A stretch of 47,599 nucleotides of DNA from the NCBI GenBank assembly GCA_013239625.1, contig MU054220.1:6742626-6790224 (forward strand), given 5' to 3'. Made by a program: the position numbers and the translations under genes. The notes beneath the pieces are model-generated. The model did no database searches. It worked only from the letters and a program-made list of their open reading frames with translations, and had not been told where the DNA came from. This document shows, one piece after another, positions 26,354 through 38,339 of this stretch; the first letter of the stretch is position 1, and each line of letters starts with the position of its first letter. The DNA is from Lama guanicoe. Taxonomy: Eukaryota.

Positions 26354-27310
26354 ATAAGAAAAAAACAAACAACCCAATCCAAAAATGGGCAGAAGACCTA
26401 AACAAGCAATTCTCCAAGGATGGAATACAAATGATCAATAGGCACATGAAAAAATGCTCAATATCACTAATTGTCAGAGAAATGCCAATCAAGACTACAA
26501 TGAGGTATCACCTCACACCAGTCAGAATGGCCGTCATTCAAAAATCCACAAATGACAAATGCTGGAGAGGCTGTGGAGAAAAGGGAACCCTCCTACACTG
26601 CTGGTGGGAATGCAGTTTGGGGCAGCCACTGTGGAAAACAGTATGGAGATGCCTCAAAAGACTAGGAATAGACTTACCTTATGACCCAGTAATCCCGCTC
26701 CTGGGCATTTATCTAGAAGGAACCCTACTTCAAAATGACACCTGCACCTCAATGTTCAAAGCAGCACTATTTACGATAGCCAAAGCATGGAAACAGCCTA
26801 AATGTCCGTCAACAGATGACTGGATAAAGAAGAGGTGGTATATTATACAATGGAATACTACTCAGCCATAAAAACCGACAACATAACGCCATTTGCAGCA
26901 ACATGGATGCTCCTAGAGAATGTCATTCTAAGTGAAGCAAGCCAGAAAGAGAAAGAAAAATACCATATGAGATCCCTCATATGTGGAATCTAAAAAAAAA
27001 AAATGAACATAAATACAAAACAGAAATAGACTCATAGACCTACAATACAAACTTGTGGTTGCCAAAGATGAGGGGTAGGAAGGGACAGACTGGGAGTTCA
27101 AAATTTGTAGATACTGACAGGCATATGCAGAATAAATAAATAAGACTATACTGTATAGCACAGGGAAATATATACAAGATCTTGTGGTAGCTCACAGTGA
27201 AAAAAAATGTGATATATGTATGTTCAAGTATAACTGAAAAATTGTGCTCTACACTGGAATTTGACACAACATTGTAAAATGACTATAGCTCAATAAAAAA
27301 AGTTTAAAAA
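26354..27310 (+). mobile_element. Young L1, sense 3' segment (ORF2 C-terminal Cys-rich domain, 3' UTR, poly(A) signal); camelid-like
   Basis: Encodes [16 protein letters not shown]...[18 protein letters not shown], with a frameshift near 26845 and the probable native stop at 26991-26993. The 3' UTR ends aaattgtgctctacactggaatttgacacaacattgtaaaatgactatagctcaataaaaaa, with AATAAA at 27292-27297. Confidence 0.95.
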
Positions 27311-27679
27311 TATATATAAAACTATAAAACTCCTAGAAGAGAACAAAGGAAAAAATGTAGATGACCCTGGGTTTCATGATAAGCTTTTAGATAAAACACC
27401 AAAGGCACAAGGCATGAAAGAAAGAATTGATAAGCTGAATCTCATTAAAATTTTAAAAATTTTTTCTATGAAAGCTCCCATCAAGAGAATGAAAGACAAG
27501 TCAAAGACTGGAAGAAAATGTTTGCCAAAAACTTATCTGATAAAGGACTGTTACCCAAAATACACAAAGAACTCTTGAAACTCAGCAATATGAAAACAAA
27601 AAACTCAAAAAATGAGCCAGAGATCTGAACAGGTATCTCACCAAAAATAGACAGATGGCAAATAAACATATGAAAAAAT
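27311..27679 (+). mobile_element. Old, diverged L1M ORF2 fragment abutting the young L1 tail (probable 3'-transduced DNA)
   Basis: Translates KTIKLLEENKGKNVDDPGF...KTPKAQGMKERIDKLNLIKI, and later gives WKKMFAKNLSDKGL. It is much more decayed than the adjacent L1. Confidence 0.85.
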
Positions 27680-28289
27680 AAATAGGCAAACATATTTCTT
27701 CAACTTTTCTGTTATCCTTCCCCAGGAAGTAAATGGAATGATCACTGTATCTATGCAAGGAGGAGTTCCAGGATGATATACACTAGACATGCAATATAAT
27801 TAGTAGTCACTAAATAAGCATTATGGAATGTCATGAACATCATAAAGTTATTTTTATTTAATATAGCAAAGATTGATTTTGTAAAACAATAGGATCAAAA
27901 ATTTGGACCTGAAATAAGTCTCTGAAATAACTACTGTAGAGGTTATTAAGTTTCAGGTCATACCTGCCTGTACAGGTGAGCGGGCATCAAAAAAGAAGAC
28001 TGAATTCCTAAGTGCACAGGTGACTTGTATCAATTAAGTTCAACTAAATGTATAATGACTGTTAAATAGAGAATCTCATTTTTATTCTAAACACTAATAA
28101 TACATACAAATTTACCTCAACTCCATCCTATAAAATTTTAAGAAACAGAAGCTGGAAAAAGCAGGGAACTTATTCTAGGTCACACAAATGGTGAGAGATC
28201 AGAATATGAAGCCATGGTTGTCCTGTGGTTATGATGAACTGGATGGAGCTATAGAGATGAAGATGACATGATGATAAAGACGGTGTTGT

Positions 28290-28350
28290 GAATGAGATAA
28301 TAATAATAACAACAACAATAATAATAATGAACAATGGCAATGATAATAAG
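28290..28350. repeat. (AAT)/(AAC) trinucleotide low-complexity tract
   Basis: Directly visible. Confidence 0.85.
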
Positions 28351-28354
28351 AGAA

Positions 28355-28545
28355 GCCATGTATGGTGCTCTTTCAATAGTTCATCTAATTTAATCTTTAC
28401 AGTCACCCTAAAAGGTAAGTACCGTTCCAGTTACATTAGGAAGAGGGAAGTAAAGCTCAGAGAGAATAAATAACTTGCCCTAGGACATATAGCTAGTAAC
28501 AGTGGGGCTGATAGACAAGCTTTGGTCTGAATCTGAGGTCAGTGC
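28355..28545 (-). mobile_element. MIR SINE
   Basis: atctaatttaatctttacagtcaccctaaaaggta...agctcagagagaataaataacttgccctaggacatatagctagtaa. Confidence 0.75.
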
Positions 28546-29209
28546 TGGTTTAGAATTGTTAATAATTTTTAACAGCTATGAGACACATCCCCAGCCTACC
28601 TTAGGATTCTGTCATAAAATAAGGTTTCTTAATAATTTGGAATGGACTTCTATCTTGTAAAGAAATATTGACCTAGAGAGAAAATGAAGAAATATATTTA
28701 AAAGGATCTTTGATAACCACCCCCACCACCAAATACTACACAGAGTCAATTCTAGAACTTCCTTACCGTATGTGTTTCATTACTGGCATGTACTGCGATT
28801 TCAGAACATACGATGTACTAATACCTCTCTGTGAGCACCTAACCTGCTCCCACATGACGAGTCAGACCTTAGGGCAAGTGTAATCTCTACTATAAAAATG
28901 GGCCACCTGCTCTTTCATATGAAGCTTTGCCCTTTATGGGGTATGAGCTTGAATCCTTCATCTCAGTGAGAAAACCATGATGGAGCAGATTCATGTACCC
29001 TCATGTAACAGGAGACCTACATTTGAGATAAGGCTGGTCAAGCCCAGGGTTTAAATGTGAGCTCCAGAAACTGGAACTCTGTGCTATCATGAAAGAAAGC
29101 GTTATGGCTCTGGGGTCCCTAAGTGTGCTATTTTTCTGGTAACTAACATTTCCTTTTTAGATGGTTTCGTTTTTCTTTTGAAACTACAATGACTGGAAAA
29201 TCAAGTTGT

Positions 29210-29345
29210 ACAGACATGCTTACCAATGTTGCAAATGAAGTGCTATGAATATGAAATACGTTAGATGACAAATTTAAAATCCAAAAATATCTTCACCAAA
29301 GGGAGCAATGGACTGAATCTAACAAGATGAAATGTAATAAGAATA
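29210..29345 (+). mobile_element. L3/CR1 LINE ORF2 remnant
   Basis: ttagatgacaaatttaaaatccaaaaatatctt...gagcaatggactgaatctaacaagatgaaatgtaat translates LDDKFKIQKYL..EQWTESNKMKCN, similar to the CR1 motif IQ.DL..LE.W...N.M.FN. Confidence 0.7.
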
Positions 29346-29459
29346 TACACTGGCAAATCTAATTGCCATTATATTTTTACTGCTTATTGCTGACATAAGG
29401 GAAAGCTATTGACAATTTTATGACTTAATTTGGGCAATGTACTAATATTTCTCTTAATG

Positions 29460-29665
29460 CTAAGTTTTATAGTGAATTATTTGGTATTTTCTAAGTATAC
29501 AACCATATAATCTTCAAATCCTAATTTTTTTATGCCTGCCTTTTGTATATTTATAATTTTCATTTATGTTTCATGCCTTATTTTGTGTTGTCTGGAAGTT
29601 CCATGTCAGTGATAAAGGATAGTGATAGTACAATGAGAATTTGGCTTGTTTTCTAATAAGTAGAT
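29460..29665 (-). mobile_element. Ancient L1M ORF2 remnant
   Basis: ttttctaagtatacaaccatataatcttcaaat...gccttatt...gatagtgatagt is the decayed antisense of the RT region. Confidence 0.55.
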
Positions 29666-30309
29666 TTCTAAAATCAAGTGTTCTTTGTCCTTCGTATGTC
29701 CCCTGTCTTAGTAAGGGTCATACATGGCATTAACAGCAACAAATATTCAGAGATAGTCTATAGTTCCATTAGCCAACGAAGTATAAACCATAGACCAGTA
29801 ACAGTGTTAACATCAATGCCTGAAAACATAAGTACAGAAATTGAGTACAGATGTTTAAAATTGTACAGCAATTTGATAGAATAATTTTATGTCTTTTGAA
29901 TCTAGTAGTAAAACATGTGGTCTTGTACTTTGTAAGTCTCGGGTTTTTTTGTCTTATTCTTTTAGTGATTCATTGTTACAGTATTTTGCCAAAGTGTCAG
30001 TCTGCAATAATAGAAAAAATTAATTGGTTGTGGTGGTTTGAGAAGCACTGTTGTAGAAGCAAAAGGAATATTGGATTGGGGGTTGAGCTAGATGAATTAT
30101 ATGTTTCTGTTTCCTTTAAGTTTTAATGTTTTGTATATATATATATAATATATTCTTCTATTTATAGAATATATGAAGAAGTATATTTCTTCATTTTTAC
30201 AGCCTTGCCTTTTGATTTATGAGCACGAACTTTATAGTTCACTGAGAAGATAGTAATTGTTTTCAAGGTCTTCCCAATTCCATGTAGTATTTTGAGATCC
30301 CAGTTGGGA

Positions 30310-30420
30310 GATTCCTTAGTGGAACATGATGGTTCTATATTCTTTTGATTTGTGGTAGTAACTTTTATATCTCCAGCATCTAGAACTGAGTCTGGCATAC
30401 AAAAAAGTGTTTTTAAATGC
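30310..30420 (+). mobile_element. L2 3' tail
   Basis: tatatctccagcatctagaactgagtctggcatac. Confidence 0.65.
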
Positions 30421-31361
30421 CAGAGCAAGTATACTACATGAATTCTAAATGATTTATCTGTTATTTTTGATATTTTAAAGTTGTATTTTAATAATTTAAA
30501 ATCTATACTTATATAATTTATTACTATGTTTTTGTTTTAATGATATATATTTTATTATACTTTTATATTAACATTTATTTTAAAATAGGAATTAATTAAA
30601 ATTTAATGACTTTATTTTATTTTAATGACAAAGAACTGCTTCAGCCTGTGTGACCTGTGAGCCATGGGCAGGAAGACAGCTGTTCCAGATATCTGCTTGG
30701 GGACCTCTGAGTAGATCTATTTCAAAGCCTCATCTAATTCTTACCTGATTATTAAGAGATTAGATTATGCTACAAATATTTGAATCCTTACTCTCTCCTA
30801 CCAGAGGCTTGGGAGATTCAATTTTACCTTTTATGCATTTCCCAGGAAGCAAAAGTAACATTATAAATATTCATCATATGCTTAGAAATTATTGTTTAGA
30901 CTCCAACCAAAAGTCTCTGTGAATGAGATATAAAGTTCCAGATGCAAGCTTGCTGAGTCCTGCCTTTTTCATGCATTTCTGTCATTGCTGCCCATTGCCT
31001 AGGATGTGATATCTGACCTCTGGAGAGCTGCCAGGCAAGAGATTCAGTGTTTGAGGCTCTGCTGAAGGAGTGACATGAAGATACTGCTTGTGGCAATATT
31101 GGTGATTCCAACACTTTTCTTTTGGTGGTTCACACTGGGCATTGTAATGCATGTCTCAGCCATTGCACTACAGCAGACAAATTAACATCAACCATGGTAA
31201 TTTCCTACTGTTTGCCATCAGTTTGTTCAAGGGTTAGGGGTATAAGCAAAAGAAACGTTTTGTTCTTGTGAGCCATGGGAAGTTAGTCACGTAACTACGG
31301 AAAAAAATATAAATCATATTGTTACTGGTGGCCAGCCTATGAACCACGGTAAATCAGCCCT

Positions 31362-31728
31362 ACCTTAGCTTGAGCTGTCAAAACAAAATGCCTGAGAGCA
31401 GGTGGCCTGAACAACAGAAGCTGACTTTCTCACAGTTCTGGAGGCTAGAAGTTCAAAATCAAGGTGCCGTGCTTGGTTTCTGGTGAGAGCCTTCTTCCTT
31501 GCTTGCAGACCATCACGATGTATTTTTGTCTTTAACATGGCAGGGAGAGAGCAAGGTGGAGCTCCGGTATCTCTTCCTATGAGGGCACTAATCACAGCAT
31601 GAGGGACTGGCCCTCATAACCTTATCTAAACCTAATTACCTCCCAAAGCCCTGATTTCCAAAAACTATTACATTGGGAGCTAGTGCTACATTATGTGACT
31701 TTCAAGGGAACATGATATAGTTCAGAGT
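31362..31728 (-). mobile_element. MLT1A-type MaLR solo LTR
   Basis: ttctcacagttctggaggctagaagttcaaaatcaaggtgcc, tcttcctatgagggcactaatc, aaacctaattacctcccaaagcc. Confidence 0.88.
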
Positions 31729-32329
31729 GAGCCTAATGTTGTGAATATCAACATGAAGGGTGGGGGGAGGCTCCTATATCAGTCAGCTCTGCCCAGGTAT
31801 GATCCCCTTCGTGTGTGAGCTATCATATCTTCCTTTTATTTTATACCAATTTGATCTGGAGTTTTATTTTTTTTTAAGTTCAGTAATGTGCTTAGTAACT
31901 GATGAATTCAGTTTATCATCTCTACAGCACTGGAGTGCTACCATTTGAAAGCAGTCCTGTCTACTTACTCTTTGTTCAGTGTGAGCAATTTCTCTTCCAA
32001 GAAAACCTGGAACCGTGTTAGGAGTGGACAGCTCCACCATTGGCTGGATTTTGGATCTCAGGAACAGTCAGGAATTGAGTGTTTCCACTCACAGCTACAG
32101 TTTTACTCAGCATCTAAAGCAGGTAGGGAAACACAGTGAGATACCAGTTGGGATTACAGATATAAACAAAGCAATGAAAAGTTGGGGGAAAAAAAAACAA
32201 ACCTCTACATAACTGCCTTTATTAATGGCTTTGACACAGTCTCCCAAATTTTATTAGGGAGTATTGATTCACATTCAACTTGACATTGAACACATTTTTG
32301 TAGCTAGTTTTCCACAAAAAGCTACTTCA

Positions 32330-32810
32330 GTCTTAGCTAAATCATTCCTGCCACTTTCCCTCTTAACAGTCCAGTCACGCTGTACTTTCGAACAGCCCAT
32401 GCTTGTGTTTACTGCTTCAGGCCCCTAAACATGCAGTCTGTTCTGTTGCTTGTCCTGCTGGCAAACACCTATTCATCCCTCAAGACCCTGCTCCATTGTT
32501 ATGTCTTCTGTTGAATCCTCTATGAATTGGTCCTGATCCCACACATTCTCAGAGGCACTGTTGTTTGATTTTCAGTGGTTTTGAAGTTTTGTGGGCACCT
32601 CTAAAAACGTCTTCCTGTGTTTGTATTATTGTTTTATCTGTGCATCTCTTTGCAATATAGAGTGATATCCAGAGCAGAGAAATTGCACCATTTTTATTTG
32701 TATAGCCTTAGTACCTGGCACAGTGGTTGACAAATCTTGGAGTTAGCATTAATATGTGTTTTTTTTTATTTATATGGAGAATGATTAATAATTCGATGAA
32801 TGAATAACAG
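32330..32810 (+). mobile_element. L2 3' region
   Basis: cctattcatccctcaagaccctgctc...tttgtatagccttagtacctggcacagtg...gatgaatgaataa. Confidence 0.65.
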
Positions 32811-33679
32811 CAAAGGTCAGAATAGAGTTTTTTTTTCTCTTTCTATAGGACAGAATTTAATTTGGATAAGATTGCTCAAATGGCCTTAGTTTTGGAAAAA
32901 TAAATATTCTTTGAATTTGTTACATAATTTATTCCAAAATGTTCAACAGTAAATATCACCCAATTAAATAATTTGAGCAGCTTTTAGCTATATTCAGGAA
33001 TGAATGTGTAGTTTTTGAGTTACTACATTGCCAAAGAAACTACGAGTATTCAGAAGCAATTCTGTAACCATATGTTACTCTGCAAAAGCAATCCAGAGTG
33101 TTTCTGCTCCTCAGTTCCAGAGGCTGCAAACCTTTCCGTCTCTAAGGCAAGAATAAGAATGCATCTAAAGTTTCAACTCACTTCATGGTCATCTGTCCAT
33201 ACTGCTTAAATATTGATATGACTTAATGGTCTGAAGAGTTTTCAAACTATCTTTTTTATTTTCCCATTCCCAACATCACAGGCAGTAAAGCCTAAATATG
33301 CTCTGTTTATTATACTGCTTTCTTATTTCATTTCCCATTAAAACAGTATTTGCATCAAAGCAGAATACAGATATCTTGTTTATGATGACATAATCATTTC
33401 CATGACCAATTATGATGTAAACAGGACTTCAGTAGGAGAATGAACAGCAGGAAGTGTTGAATTCCAACCCAGATTTTTATTTGTGTGTTATTATATTTAG
33501 AAACCAGGATAGGACTAGAAGAAATCAGCACATGGGTTGAGTAAAAAATGACTTACGTGCTAGGACATAAATGGGTTTAATAATTATTCTCGTATGGTTG
33601 TGTAAATAGTTTGATTCATGGGTTAGGTAGTTTTGATGGCAGACAGAAATGAAAAATAGAAAGAACGGGGACTTTGTCA

Positions 33680-33850
33680 CCCTAAGAACTTTAGTGATAG
33701 TTCCGAAGCACAGTTTGAAGATCAGTTGTCTAGTCCAAACCATTCATCTTACAGGTGAAGAAATGAAACCCTGGAGGATATGGATAATTTGCTGTAGGCT
33801 AGACAAGTAGGCAGTGGCACAGCCAGAACAAGAACTCAGCTTTTTAGGGC
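33680..33850 (-). mobile_element. MIR SINE
   Basis: tctagtccaaaccattcatcttacaggtgaagaaatgaaaccc...gcagtggcacagccagaacaagaactcag. Confidence 0.7.
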
Positions 33851-34237
33851 ATTTTCTCCCTATCAGTTTCCAGAATTTAAAATACAGCAATATGTATTTG
33901 CATATCAACACCATTTAGTGCTAACATTCTGAGTGTTTACATTTAGTATAAAGGTAGAAAGGAAAATTTGAGACTAAGGCACAGCTCACAATTTTATATT
34001 GTTTCAATCTATATAAAGTATTTGTTCCTATAACATACTGATGCATGTTTCCATTAGCCCAAAGGCTCTGGAACATGTTTGACATTAGCAAATTGCAACA
34101 GATCCTTTATAGGAATTGGGGAAATATTTAAGATAGTCTTTTGCATTTTAGTTGCATAATTTTAAAGTCACTTATTTTCACTATGCTGGGAAAAAAAGTT
34201 TAAAAGGTATAGTTCAACCAGTCCAATTACTTATGCA

Positions 34238-34380
34238 ATATGTATGTGTGTGTATATATATATATATATATATTTGTATGTGTGTGGTTATGTGTGTGTA
34301 TAATACATACGTTTACATATTATATATCTTATCTGTTTTTAGAATATGTGTATGTGTGTCTGGGGTGTGCGTGTACACAC
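34238..34380. repeat. (TG)/(TA) compound microsatellite
   Basis: Directly visible. Confidence 0.9.
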
Positions 34381-36666
34381 AAAATAAAAATCAGTACACC
34401 TCCAAACTTGTTCAAGCATAATTTTGGCTATGTGCAATTTTTTGTCTTAGACGCCACCTTTAGAAATATTTATCAATGAATAAGATTATGTGAATCTGCT
34501 ATACTGATGGGCTTGTATGTTTTTCGGGATCCAAAAAGGGATGGTAATGCTTTTATCTTTGAGGAGCACCAATCCAATACATCTTGCCTGGAAAAGGTCA
34601 TGCCTATTCAGCAGCAAGGTGACATATTTTACCTTACTTAATCCTTCACATAATGGCACTTACTTTGCTCACTTGATAAATGAATTATGTGAAAACCTAT
34701 ACAGCTTGCCCTCTGGAACTGGGACAATTAATAGTTTGATATTTAGCTACACGTACATGCACACGTTTCATTGTACCAAAAAAAAAATTGAGCCGTTAAT
34801 TTTTCTAGTTTAAAACATTCTCCAATTATTTATCAGCCTTTTTACTGTGGGAATTGTTCATTACTTTTCCCTGGGGAACCATAAAGTGGAATTTACATGT
34901 GGTTTCCTATTTCTAACTGGATTATGCAGATTTTAGTATTTTTAGGTTTTATTTACTCTTAAAGAGTCAGTGTATGTCTGCCTAGAAGATGATTATAAAG
35001 CTCTTTGTCTTTACTTCTGGTTTGGGGCTCAAGAAGAACTCTCCTTTTCATCTTTCCCTTCTAGTCTCCTGGCTGTTTAACAGATACACCTTGTCTGATT
35101 TTCACAGATATGTGTAATAGTGGACCACAGTACCTGTCTGGGAACTCTGAACTGAATACTCCCTCAGCAGCCAAGGCTTTTGGCTTCCTTAGGGAGTATG
35201 AATCAATACAGCCTACTGTTTTTCAATCCAAGATGGAAAAAAAAAAAAAGCATTCATTAGCCCAGAATGTATTTCAGGAAATAGTTTCGGCCACCAGTCT
35301 CCTAGACATGCTCAATTGAATATTCAAATTGCCGCAGCCACTAAAACTTGGCTAAATACTTGTACGATAGTGGTGCTGAATTTTTGTGGGGCTTGGGTAA
35401 GTCCATGCTTTTAGTGTTTACTCTTAAGTTCATCAAAATATATTAACTTTATTGCATACTATGTTATTTATAAATTATTTCTGAATGATCAAGTTATCTG
35501 AAGAGGTTACAGAAATTTTTAGTAAAATATGGGCTTTAGGGTCTTCTAAAGTGAGCATCATTTCTCAGGTCTTATAATAGTTTTTGTTTCTGCTGTTAGT
35601 ATTGTTGCTTTGTTTTTAATAAGACACGATTAAAAAGTGCGTATTTAAATCTTCTAGAAACCCTTGTTCTTTGTTCATATGGGAATATTTTACTTACTGA
35701 ACTGCAGTCCTCAATTTCAAATGTTTTCCTGAACCCTAGCCAGCCCCTTAGGATATATGAGAATACATGGGAACACTTGAAATATCAGGACAATCCGAAT
35801 GATCTGTTTTGTCTCCATTGTTTCAACTGGTAGAGAAGCCAGTCAGATAGTTCATAATCATCTCAAAAATAGAATCCACGGGAAGTAGGCGTGCAGTGGA
35901 GAGTTCTGTGTCCTCCTAATGTCTCATTTCAGGTGACCAGCTCAGTATCAATGAATTTCCGGTGATGTATTTTCAATATTTTCAAAGTAAAAACCTGATT
36001 TTTCCGTGTGGGTATGAGTAATATTTTGCAGTTTCTAGAGAAAGGGTGTCTGGTCCATACCCTCAGGCAGAATCTCCCTTATTGCGACTTTGTGTTTCTG
36101 CCTCCTGCCTCAAAAGTGGCTGCAGCTCATCAGAACTCTATTCCCCGTAATTGGTGAAATCTTTTTGGAATCCTTCAGGCTGTATAAATGTCAGATGTTG
36201 CTGTTATCACCATTATTAATGGGGCTTTGGGTAGAGAGGGAGGAGGAAGGAAGAGCTTGACTGTATTAACATGCATTGACTACACATTGACTGCAAAGAA
36301 GAACTGTATCTGCAGGAAGAAAGTTCAATTTCCATGATTTAGTAAGCCATTGAGAGACAGCAGTCTGGCTAAATAGAAAGGAATGATTCGCTCTTTAACA
36401 AGCAGTTAATTCTACCTGGGAGGGAAAATAACTCTCTCTCCCCTGTGTAAATCTGCCCCTGGTTTGGTACTTTGTGAGCTACGTAAGAGTGTACCATGCG
36501 GAAAGAAATCTTCATGTACTCAGCAGTTTTCTTATTTTATCCTCCTGTACCCACTGAACATATGCGAGGCCAAAAAGAATTTTAAAAAAAATTAGATAAA
36601 GAAGATATATGAGGTGAAAAAAAGGGTACTGTTTTAAAATATTTCTTCTTTTTCTAGGAAAAAAAA

Positions 36667-36830
36667 ATATATTAGATATATAATACATTACAATTATATA
36701 CATATATAATATGTAATATATTAAAATTATATATACATACATATTATATGTACATGTGTGTGTGTGCATGCATATATAGATGATATAGATAGATATAGAT
36801 ACAGATATAGATATAGATATAGATATATAC
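36667..36830. repeat. TA-rich low complexity plus (GATATA)n hexamer repeat
   Basis: Directly visible; gatata units at about 36778-36828. Confidence 0.9.
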
Positions 36831-37529
36831 AAGTGGCTTCTTTTATTCCAGGAGTCTTTTAGCTTTTTCTGGCTCCCTGGCATCCATTCAACATGTTGTC
36901 AACGCTAAGTGGACTCTGGCAGACTCTTTAATGGGGACATGACATGTCTTTTGTCAGGAGAGGAGAGAAAACACTCCCCTGTGTTACTCTACTATTCTTT
37001 AAAGGAGATGGAAGCAGGAAAAATGAAGGCCAGGTCAGAGCCATCTATGTGTTGTGACACACGCTTCAGCTTTTGTGCACTTTAGGACGATTATGAATAG
37101 CTCTTAATTATTTTAAGTGACTTTTACCTTATTGTTACAGCCAGTATGTGATTGAGTCTTTGCTGCAGATGCCAAGTTCTTCTCTTTCCAGGAGGATGGA
37201 GTGAGTTCAGATGTCAACTGGAGATGGCAGAATGTAATCTGACAGAGAGATGGGAACCGGGCGTGTATTGGTCATCCGTATCAGGGTAGCTTGGTATAGT
37301 GACAGCCATTCTGTTTTTTCGTTTGTTTTGTTTTGCTGAATGGTATTTCATTTTGTTTATTTTCCGGTTTGGTCAACCACAGACTCAGTCATTCTAAAGA
37401 AATTCTGAAGAAACTGACTTTGATAAGTCTTCTTTAAGAGATGAGATGACAGAGTATGCTTGTGTGATCCTATATTAATCACCTGTATCTTACTGACTTG
37501 GCATAATGAGAACCATCCTTTTTATAAAC

Positions 37530-37715
37530 GTGAGGGTTCAATCTGAGCATCCCAAGAAACTATTGGGCAAACTTGAATAATTTCCTTAACTTCACTAAGT
37601 CTCATTTTCTCTTTATGTAAAAAGGAAGTTTTTATCATCTAGCTCAGCATTGTTATTAAGTGAACTAATGTATGTGGAAGCATCTACACAACTTAGCAGG
37701 TACCCAATAAATATC
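37530..37715 (+). mobile_element. MIR SINE
   Basis: gggttcaatctg...ccttaacttcactaagtctcattttctctttatgtaaaaagg...gcaggtacccaataaata. Confidence 0.7.
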
Positions 37716-38339
37716 AGTTCTCCCCTTTCAGCATAAAATGACATTAAGGGCTCTGTAATAGCCACTTAAAAACTAGGACCCATCCTCTGTAAAAGAGCAG
37801 TGACCTGACAAAGCAGTGTGGCACAAATGATGGAAGCATTTTATATTAGCACATAGGTTGTGAAAGAGCATCCTTATCTTTACTAGTTTTCTGCATGACC
37901 TAGAGGATGATGCTATGAGCAACTGAGTATCCAGATGCCGCTAACAAGAAATGGTGACTACAATTCACATTCTGCTTGGTGGCAATGTACCCTGAGTCTC
38001 CACCCATGGAAAAATGTTGACATTCCTAATAATGGAACATTTTGACTTGCAGGCCTGCTTAGAAATATATATTGGATACTTTGATTAAGAAGACTATTAG
38101 CATGATGAATAATACCTCTAACATTCATGAATTTAGATGAGGACTAATAGAATGGTTAGAAAAACAAAGCCTGGTCAGAGTGAGTATTTAAACTTGCAGA
38201 TCTTTAGTAGTAAAAAGGTAAATTTAGATGTTTGGGATGATGGATTTTTGTAAGCTGCCATCTCTTGCTACCTAATTTACCTAAGAAGCAAGCTATTTAG
38301 GAAATATCAAGGGGTGTTTCTACTTTAAATTTAATTTAA

